Assembly (NCBI GenBank): GCA_018003015.1
Contig: JAGNEZ010000018.1
Coordinates: 10,836 to 74,835 of the forward strand
Origin: Phycisphaerae bacterium
GTDB taxonomy: Bacteria > Planctomycetota > Phycisphaerae > UBA1845 > PWPN01
Reading direction: 5' to 3'
Length of the DNA: 64,000 bases
The notes under the pieces were generated by a model. That model did no database searches and was not told the origin of the DNA. It saw only the letters and a program-made list of their open reading frames with translations. Position 1 is the stretch's first letter; every line of letters starts with the position of its first letter. Positions 42,830 to 52,414 of the stretch are shown here, in pieces. A program made the position numbers and the translations under genes.

Positions 42830-44275
42830 ATGGGAATGGCAAGGTTGTTCAGTGTGGTGCTGATGCTGGCTGCCGCGCCGGCCTTCGCCGCTAGCGTGGT
42901 GAGCTACGAACTGCAGCTCGGGGGCGACAACCATGCCGCGGACGTCATCGCTCTTCAACGTCCCATGTACACCCCCGGCAGCCCTGCAGATGGCCTGACC
43001 TTCAGTAAGGGCGTGCTGAACTGGGCCGCATCGATCGCCGTCACGGGTCTCCACAGCCAGACCGGCCATGCCTCGGATGGCAAGCCTACCTGGGGCGTCG
43101 CCAACTTCGTGGTCAGTATCGAACTGCACGAAGGGACCGCCGATGGCCCCCTGGTAACCACGGCTGATTTCTACAGCAGCATTCACGACGGCGGCGCGGT
43201 ACCCTGCACCACCTGCAAGGGCGGCGGCGGCTTCTGCGCCGGCTCCGCGTTCGCCCTCAGCTACAAGCGAGTCCCCACCTGGACCGGCTATGCACGCGTG
43301 ACCGAGGCGGCATCCTCCGGCGTGTACTACGGACCATTCATGGAAGTGTGCATGTGGCCCACCGTCCCCGCTGCCGCAGGTAAGATCCTCGGGACCGGAG
43401 CAGGCTATGCCCAGTGGTGCCGTGGATGCGGCTTGGGCACCACGACCACCCCAGGAATCGGCATCCCCGCCGGAACACCCGTCCCCGTGGGTAGCGGCAC
43501 CTTCGGCCTGGACATCGTTCCAGTGATCGAAGGCCAGATCGACACCTCGACCCTGGCACTGGGCACCTACGTCCTGCGTCTGGTGCCCGGAACCGGCACC
43601 AACGTCCTCCGCGGCGACGTCGATCTCATGACCGCCCCAACCAGCGGACCCCAGGTCCAGGCCTTCGCCGTGGCGGCCAACGAAGCCGTCGAAGATACGA
43701 TCACCTTCACCCTCAGCGAAGCCGATCCGTGCGCCGAGGATACCGTCGCCCCCGCCATCGTCTCCACATTGTCCCGCAAGACCCATGGCACCAAGGGAGA
43801 CTTCGACGTTGATCTCACCGCAGGGAATGTGGTCGAGGGACGTACCGGCGGCCTCACCAAGCTCATCGTCACCTTCAGCGAACCCATCCAGGCAGCCGGC
43901 GGAACGGCGGGTCCGGAGAGCGTCAGCGTCACCAGCGGAACAGTCGGCAACGTGGCTATCAACGGCGATGCATTGACCGTCGATCTGGCCGGCGTCACCA
44001 ACGCGGACCGGTTCATCATCGCGTTCCCGGGCATTCAGGACGCCTGCGGAAACGCCGTCACCGAAACCAAGTGCGTCAGAGTCCTGTTCGGAGACATCAA
44101 CGGAGACGGCAAAGTCAATACCATGGACATGACCCTCCTCCGCAACAACGTCGGTATGGAGATCACCACCACTAACTGCAGGGCCGACCTGAATATCAGC
44201 GGCACGTTCAACACCCAGGACATGACCCTCGTGCGCAACAACGTGGGCACGATCATGGCAAATCCCTGCCCGTAA
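42830..44275 (+). CDS. secreted protein with C-terminal dockerin-type (type I-like) repeats
   Basis: GGGAGG 6 nt upstream of ATG 42830. Signal peptide is MGMARLFSVVLMLAAAPAFAAS. The C-terminus has a duplicated Ca-binding-loop pattern: GDINGDGKVNTMDMTLLRNNVG ... ADLNISGTFNTQDMTLVRNNVG. Confidence 0.8.
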   Translation: MGMARLFSVVLMLAAAPAFAASVVSYELQLGGDNHAADVIALQRPMYTPGSPADGLTFSKGVLNWAASIAVTGLHSQTGHASDGKPTWGVANFVVSIELHEGTADGPLVTTADFYSSIHDGGAVPCTTCKGGGGFCAGSAFALSYKRVPTWTGYARVTEAASSGVYYGPFMEVCMWPTVPAAAGKILGTGAGYAQWCRGCGLGTTTTPGIGIPAGTPVPVGSGTFGLDIVPVIEGQIDTSTLALGTYVLRLVPGTGTNVLRGDVDLMTAPTSGPQVQAFAVAANEAVEDTITFTLSEADPCAEDTVAPAIVSTLSRKTHGTKGDFDVDLTAGNVVEGRTGGLTKLIVTFSEPIQAAGGTAGPESVSVTSGTVGNVAINGDALTVDLAGVTNADRFIIAFPGIQDACGNAVTETKCVRVLFGDINGDGKVNTMDMTLLRNNVGMEITTTNCRADLNISGTFNTQDMTLVRNNVGTIMANPCP

Positions 44276-44300
44276 ACGACTCTCAATCGGCCTCCTGATT

Positions 44301-44334
44301 CAGCGGGCCCGGCGCATCAGCGCTGGGCCCGCTG
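44301..44334 (+). terminator. terminator-like hairpin after the dockerin gene
   Basis: Perfect 10-bp stem CAGCGGGCCC/GGGCCCGCTG with a 14-nt loop, followed by CTTTG (weak U-tract). Confidence 0.4.
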
Positions 44335-44404
44335 CTTTGCGCCAGAAGCCTCGCACGGTTGCCAACGCTTGTACACCGCCGCAAATCGCCAGATAATTCA
44401 AGCC

Positions 44405-45385
44405 ATGAACAGCAGTCCAAGAGCCCGTATTGTCGTCGCTGAAAAGGTCAACGAATCCGCCATGGCCCGGCTCCAGGCCGCCGGAGAGGTCATCCGCCTC
44501 CGCAACCACGACGAGGCTACACTGATCAACACGGTGCGAGAGGCGGACGCCTTGGTCGTCCGTACCTACGCCCTGGTCAACGCCAATGTCATCACCGCAG
44601 CTCGACAGACCGGGCGACTCAAAGTCATCGGACGAGCCGGTGTCGGCGTGGATAACATCGACGTCGCCGCAGCTCTCCAGGCAGGCATCCAGGTCGTCAA
44701 CACCCCCGCGGCTTCAACCTGCGCCGTAACCGAACTGGTGGTCGGACTCATCGTGGCCGTCCAGCGGCACATCGCCACCTTCGACGCCCGCATGCGCCAG
44801 GGCGAGTTCGCTTCCCTGCGAGCCGGTCCGGCACCAACCACAGAACTCCAACACCAGACACTGGGCATCATCGGTATGGGCAGAATCGGCCGGGCGGTGG
44901 GATACCGGATGCGTAACGGGATGGGCATGCGCGTGATGTACTACGACATCCGCGAGATCGGCTACCTCCCATTTGCGACCACACGAGCCAACAGCGCTGA
45001 GGAGGTCTATGCCGCCTGCGACGTCGTCACCTTCCACGTGCCCCTGACGACCAAGACGAGAAACATGGTCAACGCCGCAGCCCTCCACCATTTCAAGCCC
45101 GGCGCCTATCTCATCAACACCTCCCGAGGACCAGTCGTCAACGCCGCCGATTTGGCTTCCGCCTTGACGGAAAACCGCCTCGGCGGAGCGGCTATCGATG
45201 TCTTCGACCCCGAGCCGCCTCCGCCCGACCACCCACTCCTGTCCGCCCCCAATTGCCTGCTGACACCCCACGTGGGGGCACGGAGCCGGGAAGGACTCGC
45301 GGCGATGAACGATGTGGTCGATGATGTGATAGCGGTTCTTGCCGGCAGGACGCCACAATATCCGGTTGAACCGGAGCCGTGCTGA
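44405..45385 (+). CDS. D-isomer-specific 2-hydroxyacid dehydrogenase (phosphoglycerate dehydrogenase-like)
   Basis: LKVIGRAGVGVDNIDV and the NAD motif LGIIGMGRIGRAVG. Also FHVPLTTKTRNM, INTSRGPVV and LLTPHVGA. Confidence 0.85.
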   Translation: MNSSPRARIVVAEKVNESAMARLQAAGEVIRLRNHDEATLINTVREADALVVRTYALVNANVITAARQTGRLKVIGRAGVGVDNIDVAAALQAGIQVVNTPAASTCAVTELVVGLIVAVQRHIATFDARMRQGEFASLRAGPAPTTELQHQTLGIIGMGRIGRAVGYRMRNGMGMRVMYYDIREIGYLPFATTRANSAEEVYAACDVVTFHVPLTTKTRNMVNAAALHHFKPGAYLINTSRGPVVNAADLASALTENRLGGAAIDVFDPEPPPPDHPLLSAPNCLLTPHVGARSREGLAAMNDVVDDVIAVLAGRTPQYPVEPEPC

Positions 45386-45441
45386 ACATGAATGAGCCCA
45401 GACACCATCCTCGGGCATGTCAGGTTTGTGGAGAAGGCTGA

Positions 45442-46377
45442 ATGGCAACGTATCTCGTGACGGGTGGAGCAGGATTCATCGGTTCCCATCTGGTCGAGCG
45501 ACTGGTCAAGGATGGCGAGACCGTGCGCGTGCTGGACAATTTCTCGTCGGGCAAACGCCAGAACCTCGCGCCCTTCTCCGCCAGGATCGAGGTCATCCAA
45601 GGCGACATCCGCAAACCCGATGACTGTGCCACCGCCTGCAAGGGCATCGATGTCATCTTCCACGAGGCGGCAGTACCCTCGGTCCCCAAATCCGTCACCG
45701 ATCCGCGGACCTCGCACGAGGCCAACATCGACGGAACCTTCAACCTGCTCATGGCCGCTCGCGACGCCAAGTGCCGGCGCGTCATCTACGCCGCCAGCAG
45801 CAGCGCCTACGGCGATCTGCCCGATCTCCCCAAACGCGAGTCCGCCTGCCCATCACCGCTGAGCCCCTACGCCGTCAACAAGCTCGTGGGCGAGCACTAC
45901 CTGCGAACCTTCTACTGCTGCTACGGCCTCGAAACCATCTCGCTCCGCTACTTCAACGTCTTCGGACCTAGACAGGATCCTAAGAGCCAGTACGCCGCCG
46001 CCATTCCGGCATTCGTCTCCGCCATCCTTAAGAACCAGCCGCCAACGATCTATGGCGACGGCGAACAGAGCCGAGATTTCACCTACATCGACAATGTGGT
46101 CCACGCCAATCTGCTGGCCGCCCACGCAGCCAAAACCGAAGGTCAGGTCGTCAACGTCGCCTGTGGCGAACGCGTCACGGTGAACCAGATCATCGCCCAG
46201 ATCAACAGCCTCCTCGGCCACAGCATCAAGCCGGACTACGTCGACACCCGGCCGGGAGATGTCAAACACTCGCTGGCAGACATCACTCTGGCGGAAAAGA
46301 TCCTCGGCTACAGGCCCGTGGTTGCCTTCGAGCAGGGCCTTCGCCGAGCCATCGAATGGTACAAGAACAATCTGTAG
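45442..46377 (+). CDS. NAD-dependent nucleotide-sugar epimerase/dehydratase (SDR family)
   Basis: YLVTGGAGFIGSHLVERL, SSSAYG and the YxxxK motif in PYAVNKLVGE. Confidence 0.88.
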   Translation: MATYLVTGGAGFIGSHLVERLVKDGETVRVLDNFSSGKRQNLAPFSARIEVIQGDIRKPDDCATACKGIDVIFHEAAVPSVPKSVTDPRTSHEANIDGTFNLLMAARDAKCRRVIYAASSSAYGDLPDLPKRESACPSPLSPYAVNKLVGEHYLRTFYCCYGLETISLRYFNVFGPRQDPKSQYAAAIPAFVSAILKNQPPTIYGDGEQSRDFTYIDNVVHANLLAAHAAKTEGQVVNVACGERVTVNQIIAQINSLLGHSIKPDYVDTRPGDVKHSLADITLAEKILGYRPVVAFEQGLRRAIEWYKNNL

Positions 46378-46423
46378 AACCCTGCGCTCGAACGCCCGAC
46401 CTCGTCGGCCGTGAGCCTTCCTC

Positions 46424-47449
46424 CTATCGTTCCACCAGCCCTAGACCCGGACGATCATTGAGCGTCAGCCGCCCGCCTCGCCCGCCGATGCCCTCGAACG
46501 GATCATTGGCCAGCAAAAGGTGCCCATCCAGATCGACCCAGTCGACCAATGGCCCAAGGTGAGCAGCAGCGGCAATCCCCACTGAAGATTCAATCATGCA
46601 ACCAAGCATGATCTTCAGGCCCGCCGAACGCGCGGTGTGAATCATCTGGATCGCTCGACGTATGCCGCCGCACTTGCTCAGCTTGATGTTGATCCCGTCA
46701 AAAACACCGGCACACGCGAGCACGCCCTGCACACCGACACAACTCTCGTCGGCCACGATCGGACAGAGACCGGCCGCTCGAACCCCGGGCAGAGCATCAT
46801 GCACTCCCGCCGCTGTCGGCTGCTCGATAAACTCAATGCAGTGTTTCTTCGACAACGTCCGGCACCGTTCTAGGACGTTGGCCGAGTTCCACCCGCAATT
46901 GGCGTCGACTCGGACAACCTTGTTCGGAGCCTCTTCTCGAATCACCGACAGAATGTCGTCGTCCTGCGGCGTGCCAACCTTGACCTTGAGAATCGGATAC
47001 TCCGCCGCTTCGCGCGTCTTCAGCCGAATGACCTCCAGATTGTCAATGCCAATCGTGAACGAGGTCAGGGGCATCCGGGCACGGTCCAGGCCCAGAAACC
47101 TCCACAAAGGCACGCCCAACAGCTTGCCCGCTAGATCGTGCATCGCCCCGTCGATCGCTGCGATGGTGGCGGTCTCATCCCCAAACTGCACCCAAAGCGG
47201 ATCCAGCACCGCATCGAACGCCAGAGGATCCTGGCCCAGCATGCCCGCGATCCGAGCCAGAGCAGCCTCGGCTGACTCCAGACTCTGGTGGTAGTAGGAC
47301 GTCGGTGCCGCTTCACCCCAGCCAACCAGCCCGTCATGCTCGATCTGGATGAGGAGGATCTCCTTGTCGACTTTGTCCTCTTGCTCCCGGCGAGCGATGT
47401 TGAACGGATGCCGAAGCCGGAGCGAACGGCGATGCCAGGTCAGTTTCAC
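46424..47449 (-). CDS. dipeptide epimerase (enolase superfamily, L-Ala-D/L-Glu epimerase-like)
   Basis: Capping domain begins HPFNIARREQ. Barrel includes ILKVKVG, VRVDANCGW, FIEQP, IVADES and INIKLSKCGG. Confidence 0.8.
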   Translation of the reverse strand: MKLTWHRRSLRLRHPFNIARREQEDKVDKEILLIQIEHDGLVGWGEAAPTSYYHQSLESAEAALARIAGMLGQDPLAFDAVLDPLWVQFGDETATIAAIDGAMHDLAGKLLGVPLWRFLGLDRARMPLTSFTIGIDNLEVIRLKTREAAEYPILKVKVGTPQDDDILSVIREEAPNKVVRVDANCGWNSANVLERCRTLSKKHCIEFIEQPTAAGVHDALPGVRAAGLCPIVADESCVGVQGVLACAGVFDGINIKLSKCGGIRRAIQMIHTARSAGLKIMLGCMIESSVGIAAAAHLGPLVDWVDLDGHLLLANDPFEGIGGRGGRLTLNDRPGLGLVER

Positions 47450-47464
47450 GTTCGGGCGCCCCTT

Positions 47465-48031
47465 TCAGGTTTGACGATCGGCCTCGTTCCGAATAGGATG
47501 ATCCGAAGCTAACTCGTTGTAAATACGAAGGTAAGCCGCGTAGGCGGCCGCATCAAACAGCACAAACACCACTCGCTCAGGGAGGTCATTTTTCTGCAGA
47601 TTTTCGGACGTTTCGCCGATGGCGATACGTGCGGCCTCGACCAGAGGATAGCCGTACACGCCGCAGCTGATGGCCGGAAAAGCAATCGACCGAATACCGT
47701 GCTCGGCGGCCAGCCGAAACGCGGTTCGATAGCAGCCGGCCAGCAGCTCCGGCTCGCCAGAACGGCCGTCTCGATAGACCGGGCCAACGGCGTGGATGAT
47801 ATACCTGGCAGGCAGTCGATGGCCATGGGTCAGCTTGGCGGAACCAGTGGGACATCCGCCCAAGGTGCGGCATTCGGCCAGAAGGTCCGGACCCGCCGCC
47901 CGGTGAATCGCGCCATCGACGCCTCCACCACCAAGCAGGGAGGTATTGGCCGCGTTGACAATGGCATCAGTGGCTTTCCGAGTAATGTCGCCGCGCTCGA
48001 GGGTAACACGTTGACTCCATGGGGCGACCAT
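47465..48031 (-). CDS. macro domain protein (O-acetyl-ADP-ribose deacetylase, YmdB-like)
   Basis: GDITRKATDAIVNAANTSLLGGGGVDGAIHRAAG and SIAFPAISCGVYGYP. Start set at MVAPW (48031). Confidence 0.88.
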   Translation of the reverse strand: MVAPWSQRVTLERGDITRKATDAIVNAANTSLLGGGGVDGAIHRAAGPDLLAECRTLGGCPTGSAKLTHGHRLPARYIIHAVGPVYRDGRSGEPELLAGCYRTAFRLAAEHGIRSIAFPAISCGVYGYPLVEAARIAIGETSENLQKNDLPERVVFVLFDAAAYAAYLRIYNELASDHPIRNEADRQT

Positions 48032-48155
48032 GCGTCGCAGTCTAGCAACGCCCACCCGCGTGTCAACCAGGTTGCCGCCGCCGCTGATCCGAGGTATCAT
48101 AACGCGTTTCGAGGCCGTTTCACCGCGTGCCCGGCCGCCGACAAGGATAGAGACC

Positions 48156-49046
48156 ATGCCCCGGTATTCGAAGCAGCCCCCCGCTGAGCCAGCTCAGGAC
48201 CAGAAGCCTGCCCGCCGGCCGCCCGCCCGCGTCACCCACGAGCTCATGCTCGGGACCGCGGCCGTGCTGGCTACCCTTTTCACCAGCGGATGCGGACTCT
48301 CCGAACTCCGCACCCCGACACGCATGGACAAGGGCCTCATCATCATCCTTCCGGGCATCGAAGGCAGAAGCCCACTCAACTCCAGCATCGCCAAAGGCTT
48401 GGCTGAAGGTGGCGTACCCGCGGCAATTACCATCCACGACTGGAACTTAGCTCCGACCTTCCTCGCGGGTGTCGTCAACCTGCGGGCCCAGTCCCATAAC
48501 CTCAGCGAGGCTCGGAGGGTGGCCGCTAACATCGTCGCCTACCAGAACAAGTACCCCGGTCGACCCGTGCACGTCATCGGACACTCGGGCGGCGGCGGCG
48601 TGGCCGTCTATGTCCTGGAAGCCCTGCCGCCTAAGCATGAGATCACCAGTGCCGTGCTGCTGGCCCCGGCGATCTCACCGGACTACGACCTTCGCCGGGC
48701 TCTCAAGAAAACGCACGAGGGAATCTGGAACTTCTATTCACCCTACGACGTTGGCTTCCTGAAACTCGGAACCAGCGTCGCCGGGACAATCGACGGGCGC
48801 ATGACCCAGGCCGCCGGAGCGGTTGGGTTCTCGATCCCGTGGGGCCTGAGCCGAGAAGACCGACAGTTGTATGGCGAGCGCCTCCATCAGCAGAGGTACA
48901 CCCCCAAGATGGCAGAAAGCGGCAACACCGGAACCCATTTCGGATGGGCCGGCCGGAGCTTCGTGGCCGAATGGCTCGCCCCGTTGATCAACTCTCAGGC
49001 AGAGGCGCCCACCCGGTACGCCGCAGACCGTGAAAGCACCCAATGA
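48156..49046 (+). CDS. lipoprotein alpha/beta hydrolase (lipase/esterase-like)
   Basis: Lipobox is LFTSGCG. Nucleophile elbow is VIGHSGGGGVAVY. Start set at MPRYSK (48156). Confidence 0.65.
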   Translation: MPRYSKQPPAEPAQDQKPARRPPARVTHELMLGTAAVLATLFTSGCGLSELRTPTRMDKGLIIILPGIEGRSPLNSSIAKGLAEGGVPAAITIHDWNLAPTFLAGVVNLRAQSHNLSEARRVAANIVAYQNKYPGRPVHVIGHSGGGGVAVYVLEALPPKHEITSAVLLAPAISPDYDLRRALKKTHEGIWNFYSPYDVGFLKLGTSVAGTIDGRMTQAAGAVGFSIPWGLSREDRQLYGERLHQQRYTPKMAESGNTGTHFGWAGRSFVAEWLAPLINSQAEAPTRYAADRESTQ

Positions 49047-49241
49047 CCATGGTCCTCCAACAAGACAGGGGTAATCGGCCCACCCGGTCTCGTACCCGCC
49101 GCCAGCCGGCACCCCGGCGGCCGGCGAAGACCGAGAATCCGCAGACCAGGGGGTTTTCACCCCTTCCGGTGGAATGGACCAACCGGAAACCTAACAATAG
49201 GGAAGGGTTGCCGGTCAGGAAGGTGGCTTCCAGATCGGCGG

Positions 49242-50924
49242 ATGGGAGCCCGCATGGGTGACATTGGTACGTCCTGCAAGAAGTTCTTGTTGCTGGAATC
49301 GGCGGCGGCCGAGATCCCCGAACTGCGCGAGATCCTGGCTCAAATCGGGCAGGTGCGAACCGAACCCACCATGGAAGCCGCGCTCATCGCCCTCCAGAGG
49401 GACACCAAGAGCCTCTTCGTGTCCCCGGCCGGCGAAATCCTGGCCGCCGAACAGAATGGCCTCGGCTTCCAGCTGAGCAGCGTGCTGGATACCATCGGCC
49501 AAGGCGTGTGCCTGCTGGATATCCAGGGACACACCCTCTGGTCAAACGCCCGCGTCCGAGAACTGCCCTGGGAGGTTCGCGATCGCATCCAACGCCACTG
49601 CCGCGACGGTTACAGCCGCCAGGAGGGCCGCTCCATCCTCGGCCGCTCCCGCTCGCTCAGCCTCATCACCGACGGCGAACAGTACTTCGAAGCCAGGATT
49701 ACCCCCATTCTCGATCAGCACGGCCTCACCCGCCTGGTGGTGTCCATTTCCGATGTGACCCGCCCACGCCGGCTACAGAAGAAAATGGACGCGATCGACA
49801 ACGCCGGACGCGAAATCGTCCAGGTGGACGCCGAGCAACTCGCAGGAATGAACGCCGGCGACCGACTCCAGTTGCTGGAGCGAAAGATCATCCGCTACAC
49901 CCGAGAACTCCTGCATTTCGACAACTTCGCGATTCGCCTGGTGGACAAACGCAACAACCGCCTCGAACTCGCACTCAGCGCCGGACTGCCCACCGAAGCC
50001 CAGACCGTCGACCTCTACGTGTCCCCGGAAGGCAGCGGCATCAGCGGCTACGTGGCCTCGACCGGCCGCAGCTACATCTGCCCCGACGTCGGCCAGGACG
50101 CCCGCTATCTCCCGGGCATCAACAACGCCCACTCATCACTCACCGTGCCGCTCAAGCTGCACGACAAGGTCATCGGGGTCTTCAACATCGAGAGCGACCG
50201 GGTGGCCGCCTTCAGCGAGGAAGACCGCCAGTTCACCGAGATCTTCGCCCGATACATCGCTATCGCCCTGCACATCCTCGACCTGCTCGTCGTCGAGCGC
50301 TTCGCAACCACCGGCCGGCTGGCCGACAACGTGTCAGCCGAGATCGCCGGCCCGCTCGGCGATATTCTCGCGGATGCGACCACCCTGACCGAAGACTACA
50401 TCGGACACGATGACCTCCGCCATCGCCTGCAGGGCATCATCGACAACGTGGCCCGCATCCGCGAATGCATCAAGCAGGTGACCAAGCCGGTCCAAAGCAT
50501 CCTCGAGGCCAAAGGCACCCCGCCGGAGAAGGACCCAGTCCTGGCCGGCAAGACCATCCTGGTCATCGACGACGAGGAAATCATCCGCACTACGGTCCGC
50601 GACGTGCTCGCCCGCAGTGGCTGCGACGTCGAGCTGGCCGCCGAGGGCAAAGAGGCGATGGCCATGATCAACCAGCGGTTCTACGACCTGGTGATCAGCG
50701 ACATCCGCATGCCGAACGCGAGTGGCTACGAGATTTTCAGGCTGGTCAAGGAAAACAAGCCCCACTGCCCGGTCATGTTCATGACCGGCTTCGGCTACGA
50801 CCCAAGCCATTCGATCATCCGGGCCACCCCCGAGGGCCTGGCCGCCGTCCTCTACAAGCCCTTCAAGGTCAACGAGCTACTCGAGGCGGTCCGCTCGGCC
50901 ATCAGCTCGGCCACCCCCAAGTGA
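49242..50924 (+). CDS. PAS-GAF protein with a His-less DHp-like helix and C-terminal receiver domain
   Basis: PAS is VLDTIGQGVCLLDIQGHTLWSN...VVSISDVT. GAF is FDNFAIRLVD...GISGYVASTGRSYICPDV...VPLKLHDKVIGVFNIES. The DHp-like helix is ERFATTGRLADNVSAEIAGPLGDI. REC is ILVIDDEEIIR...DLVISDIRMPNASGYE...YKPF. I see no HATPase_c motifs. Confidence 0.85.
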   Translation: MGARMGDIGTSCKKFLLLESAAAEIPELREILAQIGQVRTEPTMEAALIALQRDTKSLFVSPAGEILAAEQNGLGFQLSSVLDTIGQGVCLLDIQGHTLWSNARVRELPWEVRDRIQRHCRDGYSRQEGRSILGRSRSLSLITDGEQYFEARITPILDQHGLTRLVVSISDVTRPRRLQKKMDAIDNAGREIVQVDAEQLAGMNAGDRLQLLERKIIRYTRELLHFDNFAIRLVDKRNNRLELALSAGLPTEAQTVDLYVSPEGSGISGYVASTGRSYICPDVGQDARYLPGINNAHSSLTVPLKLHDKVIGVFNIESDRVAAFSEEDRQFTEIFARYIAIALHILDLLVVERFATTGRLADNVSAEIAGPLGDILADATTLTEDYIGHDDLRHRLQGIIDNVARIRECIKQVTKPVQSILEAKGTPPEKDPVLAGKTILVIDDEEIIRTTVRDVLARSGCDVELAAEGKEAMAMINQRFYDLVISDIRMPNASGYEIFRLVKENKPHCPVMFMTGFGYDPSHSIIRATPEGLAAVLYKPFKVNELLEAVRSAISSATPK

Positions 50925-51025
50925 GAGCCTATCTCTATCCGACACCCAAGGCGGACTTCCATCCCCTCACCGGATCGACAGAATGACTGCCCTCCAACCG
51001 ACCGGTGTAACCCAATGCCCACGGC

Positions 51026-52414
51026 TCACGGGGCCGGCTCGGACTCCAGTCCGTAACGCTTCATCTTCTTGTAGAGCGTGGTCCGGTTGATCTCCAGAAC
51101 CTGGGCGGTAACCTGCCGGTTCCAGTTGTTGGCCTTCAGGGCCTGCTCGATGATCCGCTTCTCCGGCTCCTCCAGGGCTTTCTTGAGCGACTGCGGGCGA
51201 TAGATGTCGCCTCCGGAGGATAGCACCTCAGCCTGCTCGACGACGTGTTCCGGCAGATCATCCACCTCTACGTGTCGCCGCTTGCCCAAAACCACCGCCC
51301 GCTGCACGACGTTCTCCAACTCGCGGACGTTGCCCGGCCACGGGTAACGCTGCAGAAGCTGCAGGCAGCTGTCAGTGAAACCCGCGATGTCCTTGCGAAG
51401 CTCCCCGCAATACCGCTTCAGGAAATGCCCGGCCAGCAACGGAATGTCCGCCATCCTCGACCGCAACGGCGGCAACTGGATGGTGACCACGTTGACCCGG
51501 TAAAACAGGTCCTGGCGAAAACGGCCCGCCTGCACTACCTTGGCCAGGTCTTCGTTGCTGGCCAATATGACCCGCACGTCGACTTTCTGCGTCTTGTTCG
51601 AACCAACGGCCTCGAACTGCCGCTCCTGCAACACGCGAAGCAACTTGACTTGCAGAGCCGGCGTCGCCGAAGAAATCTCGTCAAGAAAGATCGTGCCGCC
51701 GTCGGCGACCTTGAACTTGCCCTCCTTGTCGCTCACCGCACCGGTGAACGAACCCTTCACGTGACCAAACAGCTCGCTCTCCAGCAGCGATTCAGGCAAC
51801 GCCCCGCAGCTCACCTCGACGAACGCACGATCACGTCGATCACTGCGATGATGGATCGCCCGGGCAATCAGCGTCTTGCCCGTTCCAGATTCGCCCTGGA
51901 TCAGCACCGTGGTCGGCGATTCGGCGACCGTCTCAATCAGGTCAAAGATCCGAAGCATCTTGTAGTCGTGGCCGACAATGTTATCCAGGCTGTAACGAAG
52001 ATCCAGAGCCTCCCGCAACGTCTGGTTCTCGCGGATCAACGACTGCTGCTGTAGAGCCCGCTGGATCGTGAGCTGAATCTCCTCGTCAATGATGGGCTTG
52101 GTCAGATAGTCGTAGGCCCCCATCTTGATCGCTTCGACGGCACTCTCGATCGTACCGTACCCGGTGATCATGATCACCACAATGTCCGGAAAACGCTGCT
52201 TGATGAGCCGCAGCAGCTCGAAGCCGTTGGCGTCCGGCATGTTGATGTCGCTGAGCACCAGGTTGAACCGCTGGCGCTCAAGGGCAGTCACCGCCTGGGC
52301 AAAGCCGGCAACACCGACCGCCTCGTACCCCTCCAGCTCGAGCAGCTCGCAGAGCGACTCGGTGATGATCCTGTCGTCATCGACAATCAGAATCCGTTTC
52401 TTGTCCTGGCTCAT
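51026..52414 (-). CDS. sigma-54-dependent response regulator (NtrC family)
   Basis: REC is ILIVDDDRII...NLVLSDINMPD. AAA+ includes GESGTGKTLIARAIH, GSFTGA and FLDEI. Fis-type HTH is RQVTAQVLEINRTTLYKKMKRYGL. Confidence 0.93.
   Translation of the reverse strand: MSQDKKRILIVDDDRIITESLCELLELEGYEAVGVAGFAQAVTALERQRFNLVLSDINMPDANGFELLRLIKQRFPDIVVIMITGYGTIESAVEAIKMGAYDYLTKPIIDEEIQLTIQRALQQQSLIRENQTLREALDLRYSLDNIVGHDYKMLRIFDLIETVAESPTTVLIQGESGTGKTLIARAIHHRSDRRDRAFVEVSCGALPESLLESELFGHVKGSFTGAVSDKEGKFKVADGGTIFLDEISSATPALQVKLLRVLQERQFEAVGSNKTQKVDVRVILASNEDLAKVVQAGRFRQDLFYRVNVVTIQLPPLRSRMADIPLLAGHFLKRYCGELRKDIAGFTDSCLQLLQRYPWPGNVRELENVVQRAVVLGKRRHVEVDDLPEHVVEQAEVLSSGGDIYRPQSLKKALEEPEKRIIEQALKANNWNRQVTAQVLEINRTTLYKKMKRYGLESEPAP

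Noticed and set aside
49218-49233. Sigma-54-like element TGGCTT-N5-TCGG upstream of the PAS-GAF gene.
   Set aside because: The -12 GC is replaced by GG, and the element sits only about 10 nt from the first ATG. It falls below what I would accept without a PWM score.
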